This document shows, piece by piece, positions 1 to 10,635 of a DNA stretch of 64,000 nt. Position 1 is the stretch's first letter; each line of letters begins with the position of its first letter. A model generated the notes under the pieces. That model saw only the letters and a list, made by a program, of their open reading frames with translations, was not told the DNA's origin and made no database searches. Origin of the DNA: Candidatus Dormiibacterota bacterium (GTDB taxonomy: Bacteria > Chloroflexota > Dormibacteria > Dormibacterales > Dormibacteraceae); assembly GCA_036380475.1 (NCBI GenBank), contig DASVEP010000147.1, forward strand, positions 10 to 64,009. Direction: 5' to 3'. Made by a program: the position numbers and the translations under genes.

Positions 1-1074
1 ACATCGACGCTCGACCTCAACCAGGTCCTCCAGCAGGTGCTGGCAGGAGCGGCGAAGGCGTCATCCGCGCAGATCGGCTGCCTTGCCCTGGACGAGTCGG
101 GCCGCCTGATTCTCAAGGGCGGATTCGGCACCGACTCGCAGACGGCCGAGAAGCTTGCGCTCGGGGTGGGCGGCGACATCTGCCGCGACGTCATGGCGTC
201 CGGCAAGCCGTTCATGGGCGCGATGGAGAGCGCGAGCCCGAAGGACAGCCCGCTCAACCCACGCGCGGTGTTATGCGTCCCGATCACCTTGCGCGGCAAG
301 CCGACCGGCGTGCTGTTCCTGGCGCACTACCAGCTGGGGCACGCGTTCACGCCGGATCACCGCAACCTGGTGACCGAGCTGGCCGCACAGGCCGCTGTTG
401 CCATCGACAACGCGCGTCTGTTCAAAGACCGGGAAGAGGTCATCCTGGCCTCCCTCGAAGCGCTGGCCAACACGGTCGACGCCAAGGACCCCTACACGGC
501 CGGTCACTCGATCCGAGTCACGCAGTACGCGTTGATGATCGCGCGTCAGATGAAGTACTCGCCTACCGACCAGAGCGCCTGGGTTCGCCTCGAGCGAGGT
601 GGCCGCCTGCACGACATCGGCAAGGTCGGTGTCCCGGACGCGGTGCTCCAGAAGGCTGGGAAACTCACCGACGACGAGTTCGCCAAGATGCGTGCTCACA
701 CGACCATCGGATTCAACATCCTCATCGGCCTGAAGATGCTCACCGACGAGCTCGTCATCGTGCGGTCACACCACGAGCGCTACGACGGCAAGGGCTACCC
801 CGATCGCAAGAAAGACCTGCCGATGTACGCCTGGATCGTCAGCGCGGCGGACGCCATCGACGCGATGACCTCGGACAGGCCATACCGAAAAGGCATGTCG
901 ATGGAAGTTGCCCTATCGCAAGTGCGCGAAGGCGCGGGCACCCACTTCCATCCGGATGTCGCAGAAGCGGTGCTCGATGCTGCGAACAACGGCACGCTTA
1001 AGCTCATCCCGCAGGAATCGCTCTACGAGGACGCGCCCGCGATCGGCGCCTTCGAAAACCCTATGCCTCAGTAG
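1..1074 (+). CDS. GAF domain / HD-GYP domain protein (putative c-di-GMP phosphodiesterase), 5' end cut by window edge
   Basis: Frame 1 is open from nt 1, so the listed ATG at 37 is probably internal. GAF-like N-terminal part, then HD..HDIGK and HHERYDGKGYP motifs typical of HD-GYP. Confidence 0.8.
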   Translation, partial: TSTLDLNQVLQQVLAGAAKASSAQIGCLALDESGRLILKGGFGTDSQTAEKLALGVGGDICRDVMASGKPFMGAMESASPKDSPLNPRAVLCVPITLRGKPTGVLFLAHYQLGHAFTPDHRNLVTELAAQAAVAIDNARLFKDREEVILASLEALANTVDAKDPYTAGHSIRVTQYALMIARQMKYSPTDQSAWVRLERGGRLHDIGKVGVPDAVLQKAGKLTDDEFAKMRAHTTIGFNILIGLKMLTDELVIVRSHHERYDGKGYPDRKKDLPMYAWIVSAADAIDAMTSDRPYRKGMSMEVALSQVREGAGTHFHPDVAEAVLDAANNGTLKLIPQESLYEDAPAIGAFENPMPQ

Positions 1075-1090
1075 ACCAAGTGGAGCCTTA

Positions 1091-1109
1091 GGCCGGATTT
1101 ATTCCGGCC
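1091..1109. terminator. GC hairpin GGCCGGA-TTTAT-TCCGGCC between convergent genes
   Basis: Perfect 7-bp inverted repeat read directly, 17 nt after the HD-GYP stop. No U-tract follows, so terminator function is uncertain. Confidence 0.3.
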
Positions 1110-1170
1110 GTCATCCTGCACGCCACCGTCCGAGCGCCACCGCGCGTCGCCGAGGAGAGGGGTGGGTCCG

Positions 1171-1197
1171 CGGCGGGGGACATCTGTCCCCCCCGCG
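1171..1197. terminator. GC hairpin GGGGGAC-ATCT-GTCCCCC (plus flanking GC pairs), candidate bidirectional terminator
   Basis: 7-bp perfect stem at 1175-1181/1186-1192, immediately 3' of the proS stop (1203-1205), followed on the plus strand by GATTTCTC. Confidence 0.4.
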
Positions 1198-1202
1198 ATT
1201 TC

Positions 1203-2669
1203 TCAGTAGGCTTTAGCGAGCGCCACGCGGTGTTTGGCCGGCTTGCCGCAGACCAGGCATTTGCCTGAAGCCTTCTCGTCGGCATCGATCGTACGGATCG
1301 TCACACCGCCGGCCTCGGCCTTGATTCTCGCCTCACATTCGGCGTCGCCGCACCAGGGCGCCCACACGAAACCGGCGCGCTCTCGGAAGTGCGCGACGAC
1401 CTCGTCGAGCGTGGACAGCTCGAACGTGTTCTGGCGCAGAAACTCCCGCGCGCGCTCGAAGAGCTTCGACTGATACTCGCTCAGCTCCTTCTGCAGCCGA
1501 TCGGCGATGCCGGCGACCGGTACGGGGCGCCGCTCTCTCGACAATCGGTCGACCAGCTCGACCTGGCCTGCGTCGACGTCGCGGCCGCCGACGTTCAGCC
1601 TCAAAGGCACGCCCTTGAGCTCCCAGTGCGCGTACTTGTCGCCTGGCCGTTCGTCGCGCCAGTCGATTCGGTGTCGGATGCCGGCTGCCTTCAGCTCGCG
1701 CGACCAGCCGTTGATGAAGCCCTCGACTTTGCTGCGGCTCGCATCGTCGCGAAAGATGGGCACGACGATCACCTGGATCGGCGCCACCTTTGGTGGCACG
1801 ATGAGGCCCGAGTCGTCACCGTGCGCCATCACCAGCGCGCCCACGAGCCGCGTGCTGATTCCCCACGAGGTCGAGTAGCACAGCTCGCGCTCGTTGTCTT
1901 TGTTCGAGAACGAGATGTCGTATGCGCGGGCGAAGTTCTGTCCGAAGTAATGCGACGTTCCCATCTGCAGCGCAAGCCCATCGCGCATGAGGCTTTCGAC
2001 CGTGAGCGTGTGAACCGCACCCGGGAATGTTTCCGCGGGTGATTTCTTGCCGCTCAAGACAGGAACCGCGAGCCAGTCCTCGGCGATGGATCGGTAGTAG
2101 CCGAGGATGAGGTCAGCCTCTTCCATCGCCTCCTGGCCCGTGGCGTGGAACGTGTGCCCTTCTTGCCACCAGAACTCGCGCGAGCGCAGGAACAACCGCG
2201 ATCGCATCTCCCAGCGCACGACGCTGTTCCACTGGTTGGTCAGCTTGGGCAGGTCGCGGTGGCTCTGGATATAGCGCTTGATCAGCGAGCCGACGATCGT
2301 CTCGGAAGTAGGCCGGACCGCAAGCGGCTCCTCGAGCTCTTCCATGCCGGCGCCCGCACGCGTGACCCACGCGACCTCGGGCGCGAACCCCTCGATGTGC
2401 TCGGCCTCCTTCATAAGGAACGAACGTGGGATGAGCAGCGGGAACGCCCAGTTCTCGTGTCCGCTTTCTTTGATCATGTCGTCGAAGGCGCGGGTGATCG
2501 TCTCCCACATCCCCCAGCCGTAGGGGCGCACGACCATCATTCCGCGCACGCCGGACCAATCTGCAAGCTCTGCCTTGCGCACGACGTCCGTGTACCAGCG
2601 GTCGAAGTCGTCGGACATCTTCGTGATGTCCTTCACGAAATCCTGTTGTTCTTCCACTTCCTGTTTCAC
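1203..2669 (-). CDS. proS: Prolyl-tRNA synthetase, archaeal/eukaryote-like short form (no INS editing domain)
   Basis: 488 aa with class II aaRS motifs and a C-terminal Cys cluster ending in Tyr (..CLVCGKPAKHRVALAKAY). GTG start is preceded by GGGGAG 8 nt upstream. Confidence 0.95.
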   Translation of the reverse strand: MKQEVEEQQDFVKDITKMSDDFDRWYTDVVRKAELADWSGVRGMMVVRPYGWGMWETITRAFDDMIKESGHENWAFPLLIPRSFLMKEAEHIEGFAPEVAWVTRAGAGMEELEEPLAVRPTSETIVGSLIKRYIQSHRDLPKLTNQWNSVVRWEMRSRLFLRSREFWWQEGHTFHATGQEAMEEADLILGYYRSIAEDWLAVPVLSGKKSPAETFPGAVHTLTVESLMRDGLALQMGTSHYFGQNFARAYDISFSNKDNERELCYSTSWGISTRLVGALVMAHGDDSGLIVPPKVAPIQVIVVPIFRDDASRSKVEGFINGWSRELKAAGIRHRIDWRDERPGDKYAHWELKGVPLRLNVGGRDVDAGQVELVDRLSRERRPVPVAGIADRLQKELSEYQSKLFERAREFLRQNTFELSTLDEVVAHFRERAGFVWAPWCGDAECEARIKAEAGGVTIRTIDADEKASGKCLVCGKPAKHRVALAKAY

Positions 2670-2773
2670 AGCAATAGCTCCCCTGCTAGTTTTTCGACAA
2701 ACGCGTGAAGGCCGCCTCGCCAGAGACGGCTAGCGCGGGAGCGGGGCTTCGGCCGCGAGGGGTCCCCGCAAAA

Positions 2774-3898
2774 TCAAGGCGCAGCCTCGGATTTTGCGGG
2801 GCTGGCGATCGCGTCGATCTCAGCCAGAAGCACGGGCAAAAGCTCTTCCTGTGGCACGGTGCGGTAAAGCTTACCTTTCTTGAAAATCACGCCCTTGCCG
2901 CGGCCGCCGGTGACGCCGATGTCGGCATGGCGCGCCTCGGCCGGGCCGTTGACCACGCAGCCCATGACCGCGATCGTGATCGGGACCTTGAGCCTGGCGA
3001 TGTGCGCCTCCACGGCCTTGACCGTGGGCACCATGTCGTACTCGAGCCGGCCGCAGGTCGGGCACGCGATGAGGGTCGCGCTCTCGTTGCGAAAAGCGAG
3101 CGTTTTCAGGATCTCGTGGGCGACGCGAACCTCCTCGCGCGGATCGGAGGTGGCGAGCGAAACGCGGATGGTGTCGCCGATGCCCTCGCTGAGCAGAATC
3201 CCCATGCCGACTGCGCTGCGGATGCTGCCCGCCTCGACCGGCCCCGATTCGGTGACGCCAAGGTGGATCGGATACGCGCGTGCGGCCGCGAACTTCCGGT
3301 TCGCCATGATGTTGGTCCAAACGTCCGTCGACTTGAGCGAGACCTTGATGAAGCCAGGACCGTAGTCCAGCTCCTCCAGGATCTTGCAGTGACCGAGCGC
3401 CACCTCGACCATGCGGTCCGCCGTCTGCTCGCGGTTGTCGCGGTCGATCGCGTGCTCCTCGCGCATGCTCTTGTGCACCTCTTCGGGCAGCGAGCCGGCG
3501 TTGACGCCGATGCGGAAGGGGATCTGTCGCTCCTTCGCAGCATTCACAACCTTGATCACCTTCTCGCGGTCGGGGATGTTGCCCGGGTTGAGGCGGAGGC
3601 AGGCCACACCCGCCTCGATCGCCATGAGCGCGAGCGTGTGGTCGTAATGGATATCGGCGATCACCGGCAGCGGCGAGCCCTTCACGATCTGTTTCAGAGC
3701 CTCCGCGGCCTCGTGGTCGGGAACAGCCGGGCGCACGAGCTCGCATCCGACTTCTTTCAGCTCGTGGATCTGGCGCAGAGTGGCCTTGACGTCGCGGGTG
3801 TCCGTCTTGGTCATCGTCTGCACTGCGATTGGCGCGGCGCCGCCGATGACCACCCCGCCTACGTTTACCGGGATCGATTTACGCCGAACGACGTTCAA
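2774..3898 (-). CDS. ispG: 4-hydroxy-3-methylbut-2-en-1-yl diphosphate synthase
   Basis: N-terminus RRKSIPVNVGGVVIGGAAPIAVQTMTKT and C-terminal CPTCGR..GCVVNGPGE-like cluster. TTG start with GGGAGG 10 nt upstream. Confidence 0.95.
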   Translation of the reverse strand: MNVVRRKSIPVNVGGVVIGGAAPIAVQTMTKTDTRDVKATLRQIHELKEVGCELVRPAVPDHEAAEALKQIVKGSPLPVIADIHYDHTLALMAIEAGVACLRLNPGNIPDREKVIKVVNAAKERQIPFRIGVNAGSLPEEVHKSMREEHAIDRDNREQTADRMVEVALGHCKILEELDYGPGFIKVSLKSTDVWTNIMANRKFAAARAYPIHLGVTESGPVEAGSIRSAVGMGILLSEGIGDTIRVSLATSDPREEVRVAHEILKTLAFRNESATLIACPTCGRLEYDMVPTVKAVEAHIARLKVPITIAVMGCVVNGPAEARHADIGVTGGRGKGVIFKKGKLYRTVPQEELLPVLLAEIDAIASPAKSEAAP

Positions 3899-3901
3899 AA
3901 T

Positions 3902-4969
3902 CTAGTGGCCTCCCGGGAACTGGCCGGTGGCGATCCGCTGGATGTCAAGAAAGCTGATCACGGCCGCCAGTGCAAGCAGCGCGGCCAGACCCCAGCGCTG
4001 GAAGTTGAGCTCGCTCTTGCGATCGAACGGCCGGCGGCGTAGCCACTCGACGAGGACGACGACGATACGCCCGCCATCGAGTGCGGGCACTGGAAGGAGG
4101 TTGGTGAATCCCAGCGCGACCGAAAGAAGAGCCACCAGCAGGAGGTAATCGGTCGGCCCCTGGTTGACCGATTGCGCAGTGATGGTGGCGATTCCGATTG
4201 GACCTGTCAGCCCTTCCGGACCCAACAGGCCGCCCTTGACCTGTCCAGTCACCAACGCGTCGAGACCCTGGGCGATCCCGCCGATCGCGATGAAGGGGAA
4301 CTTGACCCCGTTTGTGATTGCAGACTGTGGACTCACCAGCCCCGCGACGCTGATGCCGACATAGCAGGTGCTCTTGGTCTGACAAACGGGCGCGATGATG
4401 TAGCTGAACGGCTTGCCATCGGAATGGAATCCGCCGAGGACGATTGGCGTGTACGGGGCCGATCTCTCCTGCTCCTGGACGTAGCCCGGGCCAGTGATCG
4501 GCTTTCCGTTCACCGTTCGGATGCGGTCGCCCATCTGCACACCAGTCAGCGCCGCCGGCGTCCCCGGAAGCACCCGCACAACCTTGCCCGGGTCGTCGTT
4601 CAGCTGGGTCAGGCCGTATCCGGCCGTCAGCAGGATCGCGACCAGGAAGTTGACAGCAGGGCCGGCGGCGAGGATCGCGATCCGCTGGATCGGGGGCTTC
4701 GAGTGGAAGCCGTTCGCCTCATCGAAGTCGTCCGCCTCCATTCCGCCCATGCGCACGTAGCCGAGGATTGGCAGAGCCCTGAGCGCATACAGGGTGCCGC
4801 CGCGGGTAAACGACAGGACCTTCGTCCCGGCGCCGATCGAGAACTCGATCACCCTTACCTTGCAAAGCTTTGCGACCAGGAAATGGCCGGCTTCGTGGGG
4901 GCCGATCAGGAGCATGAAGGCGCCTGCTATTGCCACCACGGTCACGATCCAGTTGAGCAGCTGGCTCAC
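3902..4969 (-). CDS. rseP: Site-2 (M50) zinc metalloprotease RseP/Rip family with PDZ domain
   Basis: HEAGHFLVAK zinc motif in the first TM region, central PDZ-like segment, C-terminal LPVPALDGG motif. Conserved position between dxr and ispG. Confidence 0.85.
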   Translation of the reverse strand: MSQLLNWIVTVVAIAGAFMLLIGPHEAGHFLVAKLCKVRVIEFSIGAGTKVLSFTRGGTLYALRALPILGYVRMGGMEADDFDEANGFHSKPPIQRIAILAAGPAVNFLVAILLTAGYGLTQLNDDPGKVVRVLPGTPAALTGVQMGDRIRTVNGKPITGPGYVQEQERSAPYTPIVLGGFHSDGKPFSYIIAPVCQTKSTCYVGISVAGLVSPQSAITNGVKFPFIAIGGIAQGLDALVTGQVKGGLLGPEGLTGPIGIATITAQSVNQGPTDYLLLVALLSVALGFTNLLPVPALDGGRIVVVLVEWLRRRPFDRKSELNFQRWGLAALLALAAVISFLDIQRIATGQFPGGH

Positions 4970-4986
4970 GTCTTCAGCCTACCGGA

Positions 4987-6111
4987 CTATGCCCCGTGGG
5001 CTCTCAGGCTAGGGCCAGAGTTCGCGGGGCCACCGAGGTGGCTTTTCACGTACTCGCGGGCCCAACGATCCGCTTCGAGGATGTCCTCGAGGCCATCGCC
5101 CCCGCCTGGGAAGGCGTCGAGGGCGCCCTCGACGGTCCGGATGATGCCGCTGAATGGGATCCCGCCGCCGAGGAATGCGGTTACAGCCTCCTCGTTCGCG
5201 GCGTTGAGCACGGCCGGCCGCCCTCCTGCGGCGTCGGCGGCCTGCCGGGCAAGCCGCACCGCCGGAAAACGGGTCTCATCCAGTGGATAGAACTCGAGCG
5301 GCCCGATGTCTTCCAGTAGCGTTTGTGGCACGGCGTCGGGCAGCCGGTCGGGGTAGCCGAGCGCGACGGAGATCGGGAGCCGCATGTCGGGCCGGCCGAT
5401 CTGGGCTTTGAGGGAGCCGTCGACGAACTCCACCACCGAGTGGACCGCGCTCTGTGGATGGATCACCACTGCAATCTGACCCAATGCCACTCCGAAGAGG
5501 TGATGGGCCTCGATCAGCTCGAGGCCCTTGTTCATGAGGGTGGCCGAGTCGACGGTCACCTTGGGGCCCATCGACCAGCGGGGGTGGTTGAGCGCCTGCT
5601 CGACCGTGACCTGGTCCATGTCGAGGTCCGGATGAGACCAGAACGGCCCGCCACTCGCCGTGATGATCAAGCGACGAATGCTCTCGCGCCGCTCGCCCCA
5701 CAAGCATTGCCAGATCGCGCTGTGCTCGGAATCCACCGGTCGGATGCCGCGCTCTCCCGCCGCCTTCATGACCAGTGCGCCGGCCATGACCAGGACCTCT
5801 TTCGTGGCGAGGGCGATCTCCTTCCCGGCTTTGAGCGCCGCCAGCGTCGGGGCGAGTGCGCGAGCACCCGGGATCGCGACGACGACCACGTCGCAGCGCG
5901 GATCGGTGACCATCTCCGTAACGCGCGCGTCGAAGTCGGGCTCACCTGCCTGGCCCTGAATAACGTATGTGGCGCTTCGCCTTGTCGAGCGCCGTCCCTC
6001 CGTGAGCCCGAACAGGCGCAGGCGTGCCGGGTTGCGGTCGATGACGTCGAGCGTCTGCTGGCCGATGGAGCCGGTGGCGCCGAGAACGGCGACGTTGAGT
6101 GGTCGGGTCAC
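4987..6111 (-). CDS. dxr: 1-deoxy-D-xylulose 5-phosphate reductoisomerase
   Basis: Recognisable Dxr starts at VTRPLNVAVLGATGSIGQQTLDV. GTG at 6111-6109 shares one base with the cdsA stop (TAGTG). The rest of the 670-aa ORF is an out-of-frame read through cdsA. Confidence 0.9.
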   Translation of the reverse strand: MTRPLNVAVLGATGSIGQQTLDVIDRNPARLRLFGLTEGRRSTRRSATYVIQGQAGEPDFDARVTEMVTDPRCDVVVVAIPGARALAPTLAALKAGKEIALATKEVLVMAGALVMKAAGERGIRPVDSEHSAIWQCLWGERRESIRRLIITASGGPFWSHPDLDMDQVTVEQALNHPRWSMGPKVTVDSATLMNKGLELIEAHHLFGVALGQIAVVIHPQSAVHSVVEFVDGSLKAQIGRPDMRLPISVALGYPDRLPDAVPQTLLEDIGPLEFYPLDETRFPAVRLARQAADAAGGRPAVLNAANEEAVTAFLGGGIPFSGIIRTVEGALDAFPGGGDGLEDILEADRWAREYVKSHLGGPANSGPSLRAHGA

Positions 6112-6953
6112 TAGTGGATCAGGTGAAACATGGTCACGTAGAAGTAGACGAGGATCGGGGGGAAAAGGATGGAATCGAGGCGGTCGAGGACACCACCGTG
6201 GCCGGGGATCAGGTGCGACGAATCCTTGACCTCGGCAATTCGCTTCATCTGAGACTCGACGAGATCGCCGACAAGGGCGCTGACGCCAACCAGGAGGCCG
6301 ATGAGGATGGCGTGCAGCGGCGACAGGCCGAGGATCAGCGAGACTCCCACCAGCATCGCGAGCACGGAAGCGACCACGCCCGCAATGGCACCCTCGACGG
6401 TCTTGTGCGGGCTGATGGTGGCGAAGAACGGATGGCGGCCGATGCGTGAACCAATGAGCAGCGCCGCTGCATCGTTTGCGACGACGGCCAGGATGGTGAA
6501 CAGCGTCCACGCGAGCCCGTTCGGCTTCGACGTGTAGAGCAGCAAGTAGTAGTTGAAGGGCATGCCGATGTACAGCGCGCCTGCCACTCCCATCGCCCAC
6601 CGCCCGAGTCCCTGCCGGCGGCCAGGCACGACCAGAAAGGCGGCCAGCCCGCCCACAAGGGCGAGCGACAGCACGAGCGTGACGTTGATGTCTTTGAGGA
6701 TGGTGCCGCTGAAGGCGAAGAAAAGGCCAAGTGGAAACAGCAGCCAGGCCGGTGCGCGCGAGCCCATGCCGTCTGACAGTCCGATGAACTCCCACAGAGC
6801 CAGGCCGCCGAGGATGAGGACCAGCGCATAGACCCCGATCAAGCCGGCGTACACGCCCGCGATCACAAGCCCGAGGAAGACGAATGCGCTGAGGATCCGG
6901 ACCATCAGCGGGCTTGGCTTTGGTCGCGCCAACAATGGATTGCCTGTCGTCAT
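6111..6953 (-). CDS. cdsA: Phosphatidate cytidylyltransferase
   Basis: Polytopic membrane protein with the C-terminal CDS signature (..SQMKRIAEVKDSSHLIPGHGGVLDRLDS..). ATGA overlap with uppS. Confidence 0.9.
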   Translation of the reverse strand: MTTGNPLLARPKPSPLMVRILSAFVFLGLVIAGVYAGLIGVYALVLILGGLALWEFIGLSDGMGSRAPAWLLFPLGLFFAFSGTILKDINVTLVLSLALVGGLAAFLVVPGRRQGLGRWAMGVAGALYIGMPFNYYLLLYTSKPNGLAWTLFTILAVVANDAAALLIGSRIGRHPFFATISPHKTVEGAIAGVVASVLAMLVGVSLILGLSPLHAILIGLLVGVSALVGDLVESQMKRIAEVKDSSHLIPGHGGVLDRLDSILFPPILVYFYVTMFHLIH

Positions 6954-7687
6954 CTGGCGGCGTTTCCTGCCGCGAGCTCGTGCTCAGGGCGGCCGCCAAA
7001 TCTGCGCACGCGAGAGTTGTAGTCGGCTATTGCCGTCTTCAAGTCCTCTACGCCGAAATCGGGCCAAAGTGTGTCGGTGACGAGCATCTCTGCATAAGCG
7101 GATTGCCACAGTAGAAAGTTGCTCACACGGCTCTCGCCTGCCGTGCGGATGATGAGGTCGGGATCCGGGAGGTCCGGGTGGTACAGGCGCGACGCGATCG
7201 CCGCCTCGTCGATCTGGTCCGCGGGAGTGCCTTCTCGCACGAGCCGCTGAACCGAATCGACGATCTCCGCTCGCCCGCCGTAGTTGAGACAAACATTGAG
7301 AACCCCGTTGGTGTTTCCCGCCGTCCGCGCGGCCGCCTCGTCGATGCGATCCCGCATGCGGGGCGATAAGCCCTCACGCCGGCCGCTGACGACGATGCGC
7401 ACTCCTCGACGATGCATCTCGTCGATCTCTCTTTGCATGGTCTCGTGAAAGAGCCTCATCAGCGCGCGGACCTCCGCACGGGGGCGCGACCAGTTCTCGG
7501 TCGAGAATGCGTAGACGGACAGCACGTGGACGCCGAGCTCTTCGCAGCCCTCCAGCACCCGCTTGATCGCCCGAACCCCGGCCCGATGGCCGAAGCTGGC
7601 GGGGTGGCCACGGCGGCGCGCCCAGCGGCCGTTGCCGTCCATGATGATTCCGATGTGCCGGGGAACTGAGGTGTCCAAGCCTTGCAA
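6950..7687 (-). CDS. uppS: Isoprenyl transferase (undecaprenyl diphosphate synthase family)
   Basis: HIGIIMDGNGRWA and ..NYGGR...RTAGESRVSNFLLWQ motifs. TTG start. Confidence 0.9.
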   Translation of the reverse strand: MQGLDTSVPRHIGIIMDGNGRWARRRGHPASFGHRAGVRAIKRVLEGCEELGVHVLSVYAFSTENWSRPRAEVRALMRLFHETMQREIDEMHRRGVRIVVSGRREGLSPRMRDRIDEAAARTAGNTNGVLNVCLNYGGRAEIVDSVQRLVREGTPADQIDEAAIASRLYHPDLPDPDLIIRTAGESRVSNFLLWQSAYAEMLVTDTLWPDFGVEDLKTAIADYNSRVRRFGGRPEHELAAGNAAR

Positions 7688-7729
7688 CTGTACCTACGTG
7701 GCCCGGAACTGCCGAGTTACGGTCGCGGC

Positions 7730-8287
7730 CTAGACTTCCATGACCTCGGATTCTTTGCGGGCGGCGAGAGAGTCAACGCGCTCGACCTGACTCTCGGTCA
7801 CCTTCTGCAGCCTGGTGTGGGCGCGCTTCGCCTCGTCCTCCGGCACCTCGCCCTGCTTGGCCATCTGGTCGACCCTGTGGATCTCGTCCCGGCGCACGTT
7901 GCGGATCGCGACCCGCGCCTCCTCGGCCTTGTGGCGGACGAGCTTGACGTACTCCTTGCGGCGCTCCTCCGTCAGGGGCGGGATCGGAACGCGGATGACC
8001 TGGCCGTCGCTGGCGGGATTCAGCCCCTGCTCGCCTGTGCGCAGAGCCTTCTCGATGGCTCCGATCTGGCTCTTGTCGTAAACCTGAACGACCAACAGCC
8101 TGGCCTCCGGGGCGCTGATCTGGGCCAGCTGGTTGAGAGGGGTCGGCGTGCCGTAGTACGGGACCATGATCTTGTCGATGAGCGCGGGGTTGGCCCGACC
8201 TGTGCGGATGGTCGAGAGCTCAGTCGCGAAGTGCTCGACCGACTTGGACATCTTCGACTCGGCGTCACGCAGGATCGGGTCGATCAT
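7730..8287 (-). CDS. frr: Ribosome recycling factor
   Basis: 185 aa, typical RRF sequence (..[25 protein letters not shown]..). Confidence 0.95.
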   Translation of the reverse strand: MIDPILRDAESKMSKSVEHFATELSTIRTGRANPALIDKIMVPYYGTPTPLNQLAQISAPEARLLVVQVYDKSQIGAIEKALRTGEQGLNPASDGQVIRVPIPPLTEERRKEYVKLVRHKAEEARVAIRNVRRDEIHRVDQMAKQGEVPEDEAKRAHTRLQKVTESQVERVDSLAARKESEVMEV

Positions 8288-9012
8288 CCGAGTGCGCCAA
8301 CCAATGTGCCGATCTCCTCACCCAAAACGACGCGCTCGATGTTCCCGGGCTCGAGCAGATTGAAAACCACGATGGGCACGTTGTTGTCCATGCAGAGCGT
8401 CAGCGCGGTGTTGTCCATGACCTCGATGCCTCGGTTGAGGACCTCCAGATAATCCAGGTGCTCCAGCTTGACCGCTTTCGGGTCGAGCTTGGGGTCGGCG
8501 GTGTAGACGCCATCCACCTTGGTCGCCTTCAAGATGACGTCGGCCTCGATCTCGACGGCTCGCAATGCAGCCGTCGTGTCCGTCGTGAAGTACGGGTTGC
8601 CAGTGCCGGCGGCGAGGATGACAACGCGTCCTTTCTCGAGGTGGCGCACGGCGCGCCGTCGAATGTAAGGTTCGGCGACCTGCGGCATCTGTATCGCCGT
8701 CATCGTCCGAGCTGGGATGCCGGTGCGCTCGAGTGCATCCTGCAGCGCCAGCGCATTGATGACCGTGGCGAGCATGCCCATGTAGTCGCCGGTGGCGCGG
8801 TCGAACCCGCCCTCGCTGGCCGCGAGGCCGCGGAAGATGTTGCCGCCGCCCACAACCAGGGCGATCTGCACACCCATCTCGTGGACTCGCTTGACCTGGG
8901 TGGCGATCGTCGACACGACGGCGAGGTCGATGCCGTAATCGCGCGAACCACCGAGTGCCTCACCGCTCAGCTTGAGCAAGATGCGGTTGTACTTCGGGGT
9001 TCGATCACCCAT
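8284..9012 (-). CDS. pyrH: UMP kinase
   Basis: [14 protein letters not shown]...[10 protein letters not shown] motifs. 4-nt overlap with frr. Confidence 0.95.
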   Translation of the reverse strand: MGDRTPKYNRILLKLSGEALGGSRDYGIDLAVVSTIATQVKRVHEMGVQIALVVGGGNIFRGLAASEGGFDRATGDYMGMLATVINALALQDALERTGIPARTMTAIQMPQVAEPYIRRRAVRHLEKGRVVILAAGTGNPYFTTDTTAALRAVEIEADVILKATKVDGVYTADPKLDPKAVKLEHLDYLEVLNRGIEVMDNTALTLCMDNNVPIVVFNLLEPGNIERVVLGEEIGTLVGALG

Positions 9013-9023
9013 CGACAGATCCT

Positions 9024-9643
9024 TTATTCATCCGCCTCGCGGACGTTGAACCGAGCGAACCGGCGCACCGTGATGTTCTCCTGCAGCTTTGAGATGTTTT
9101 CTGCGATCAGGTCCTTGACCGTGTGCTTCGGCTCTCGAAAGTATGCCTGCTCCAGGAGGCAGTACTCCTTGATGAAATTCTCGACCTGCCCGTCGACCCT
9201 CTTGGCGATCGCCTGCGGGGGCGTGCCGTCCTGCTCGGCCTTGCGCTCATAGAGAGAACGCTCCTCAACCAGCACCTCGTCCGGCACGTCCTCCCGCGAC
9301 ACCCATCTCGGATTGGTGGCTGCGATCTGCAGGGCGATCTCCTTCGTGAGCTTGCGGAAGTCTTCGCCCTTGGCCACGAAGTCGGTTTCGCAGTCGACCT
9401 CGACCAGCACGCCCACCTGAGGCGGGTAGTCGGGCGTCGTGCGGTGCAGGTAGGACTCGACCACGCCCTGGCCGGTGGCCCGCCCGGCGCGCTTGACTGC
9501 CTTCGCAATCCCCTTCTCGCGCAGGATCGTGTACGCCCTGTCGACGTCGCCTTCGGCTTCCTCGAGGGCGTTCTTGCAGTCCATCATCCCGGCGCCCGAG
9601 ATCTCGCGGAGCTTCTTGACGAGCTCCATCGCTACTTTGGCCA

Positions 9644-9644
<1 letters not shown>
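9024..9644 (-). CDS. tsf: Elongation factor Ts (short form)
   Basis: [27 protein letters not shown] matches the EF-Ts N-terminal UBA-like motif. GTG at 9644 overlaps the rpsB TAG by 1 nt; ATG at 9629 is an alternative start. The upstream 60 aa of the ORF are R/G-rich junk overlapping rpsB. Confidence 0.9.
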
Positions 9645-10492
<848 letters not shown>

Positions 10493-10596
10493 GTTTCGAT
10501 TGCCTCCCTGTTCCACTTCCGCCCGGTTCTGGCCTTGAAAGAAGGACAGGAGCATTGCCCCGGGCGTGCTTACTCAGTCGAGTTGACTGGCGAACT

Positions 10597-10602
10597 CAGT
10601 AT
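10597..10602 (-). promoter_or_regulatory. Candidate -10 (TATACT) for rpsB-tsf, giving a leader of about 95 nt
   Basis: The only AT-rich hexamer in the topA-rpsB spacer. The -35 is weak (TTCGAA/ATTCGA at 15-16 bp). Confidence 0.25.
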
Positions 10603-10635
10603 ACCCAGGGCTCGGAATTTCGAATCCGAAAAGGG

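Noticed and set aside
2670-2773. Possible T-box or riboswitch leader upstream of proS.
   Set aside because: The spacer is only about 100 nt and contains just a GC hairpin (GCGGGG...CCCCGC) plus the SD. I could not recognise a specifier loop or T-box motif, and the proS here is the archaeal-like type.
2705-4042. Long antisense ORFs opposite recognisable genes. Examples: 2705-4042 vs ispG, 10417-11319 vs topA, 13838-15316 vs comM, 32750-34015 vs smc, 50826-52103 vs fakA/asp23.
   Set aside because: Their translations are R/A/G/P-rich low complexity with no recognisable motifs, which is typical of stop-poor alternative frames in GC-rich DNA. Each is fully overlapped by a gene with clear family signatures.
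6112-6999. N-terminal half of the 670-aa ORF 4987-6999.
   Set aside because: It is an out-of-frame read through cdsA and uppS with junk composition. Recognisable Dxr begins at GTG 6111. Similar spurious N-terminal extensions were trimmed for tsf, rplS, yraN, acpP, the M20 peptidase, recG, degV, asp23 and the 23226 ORF.
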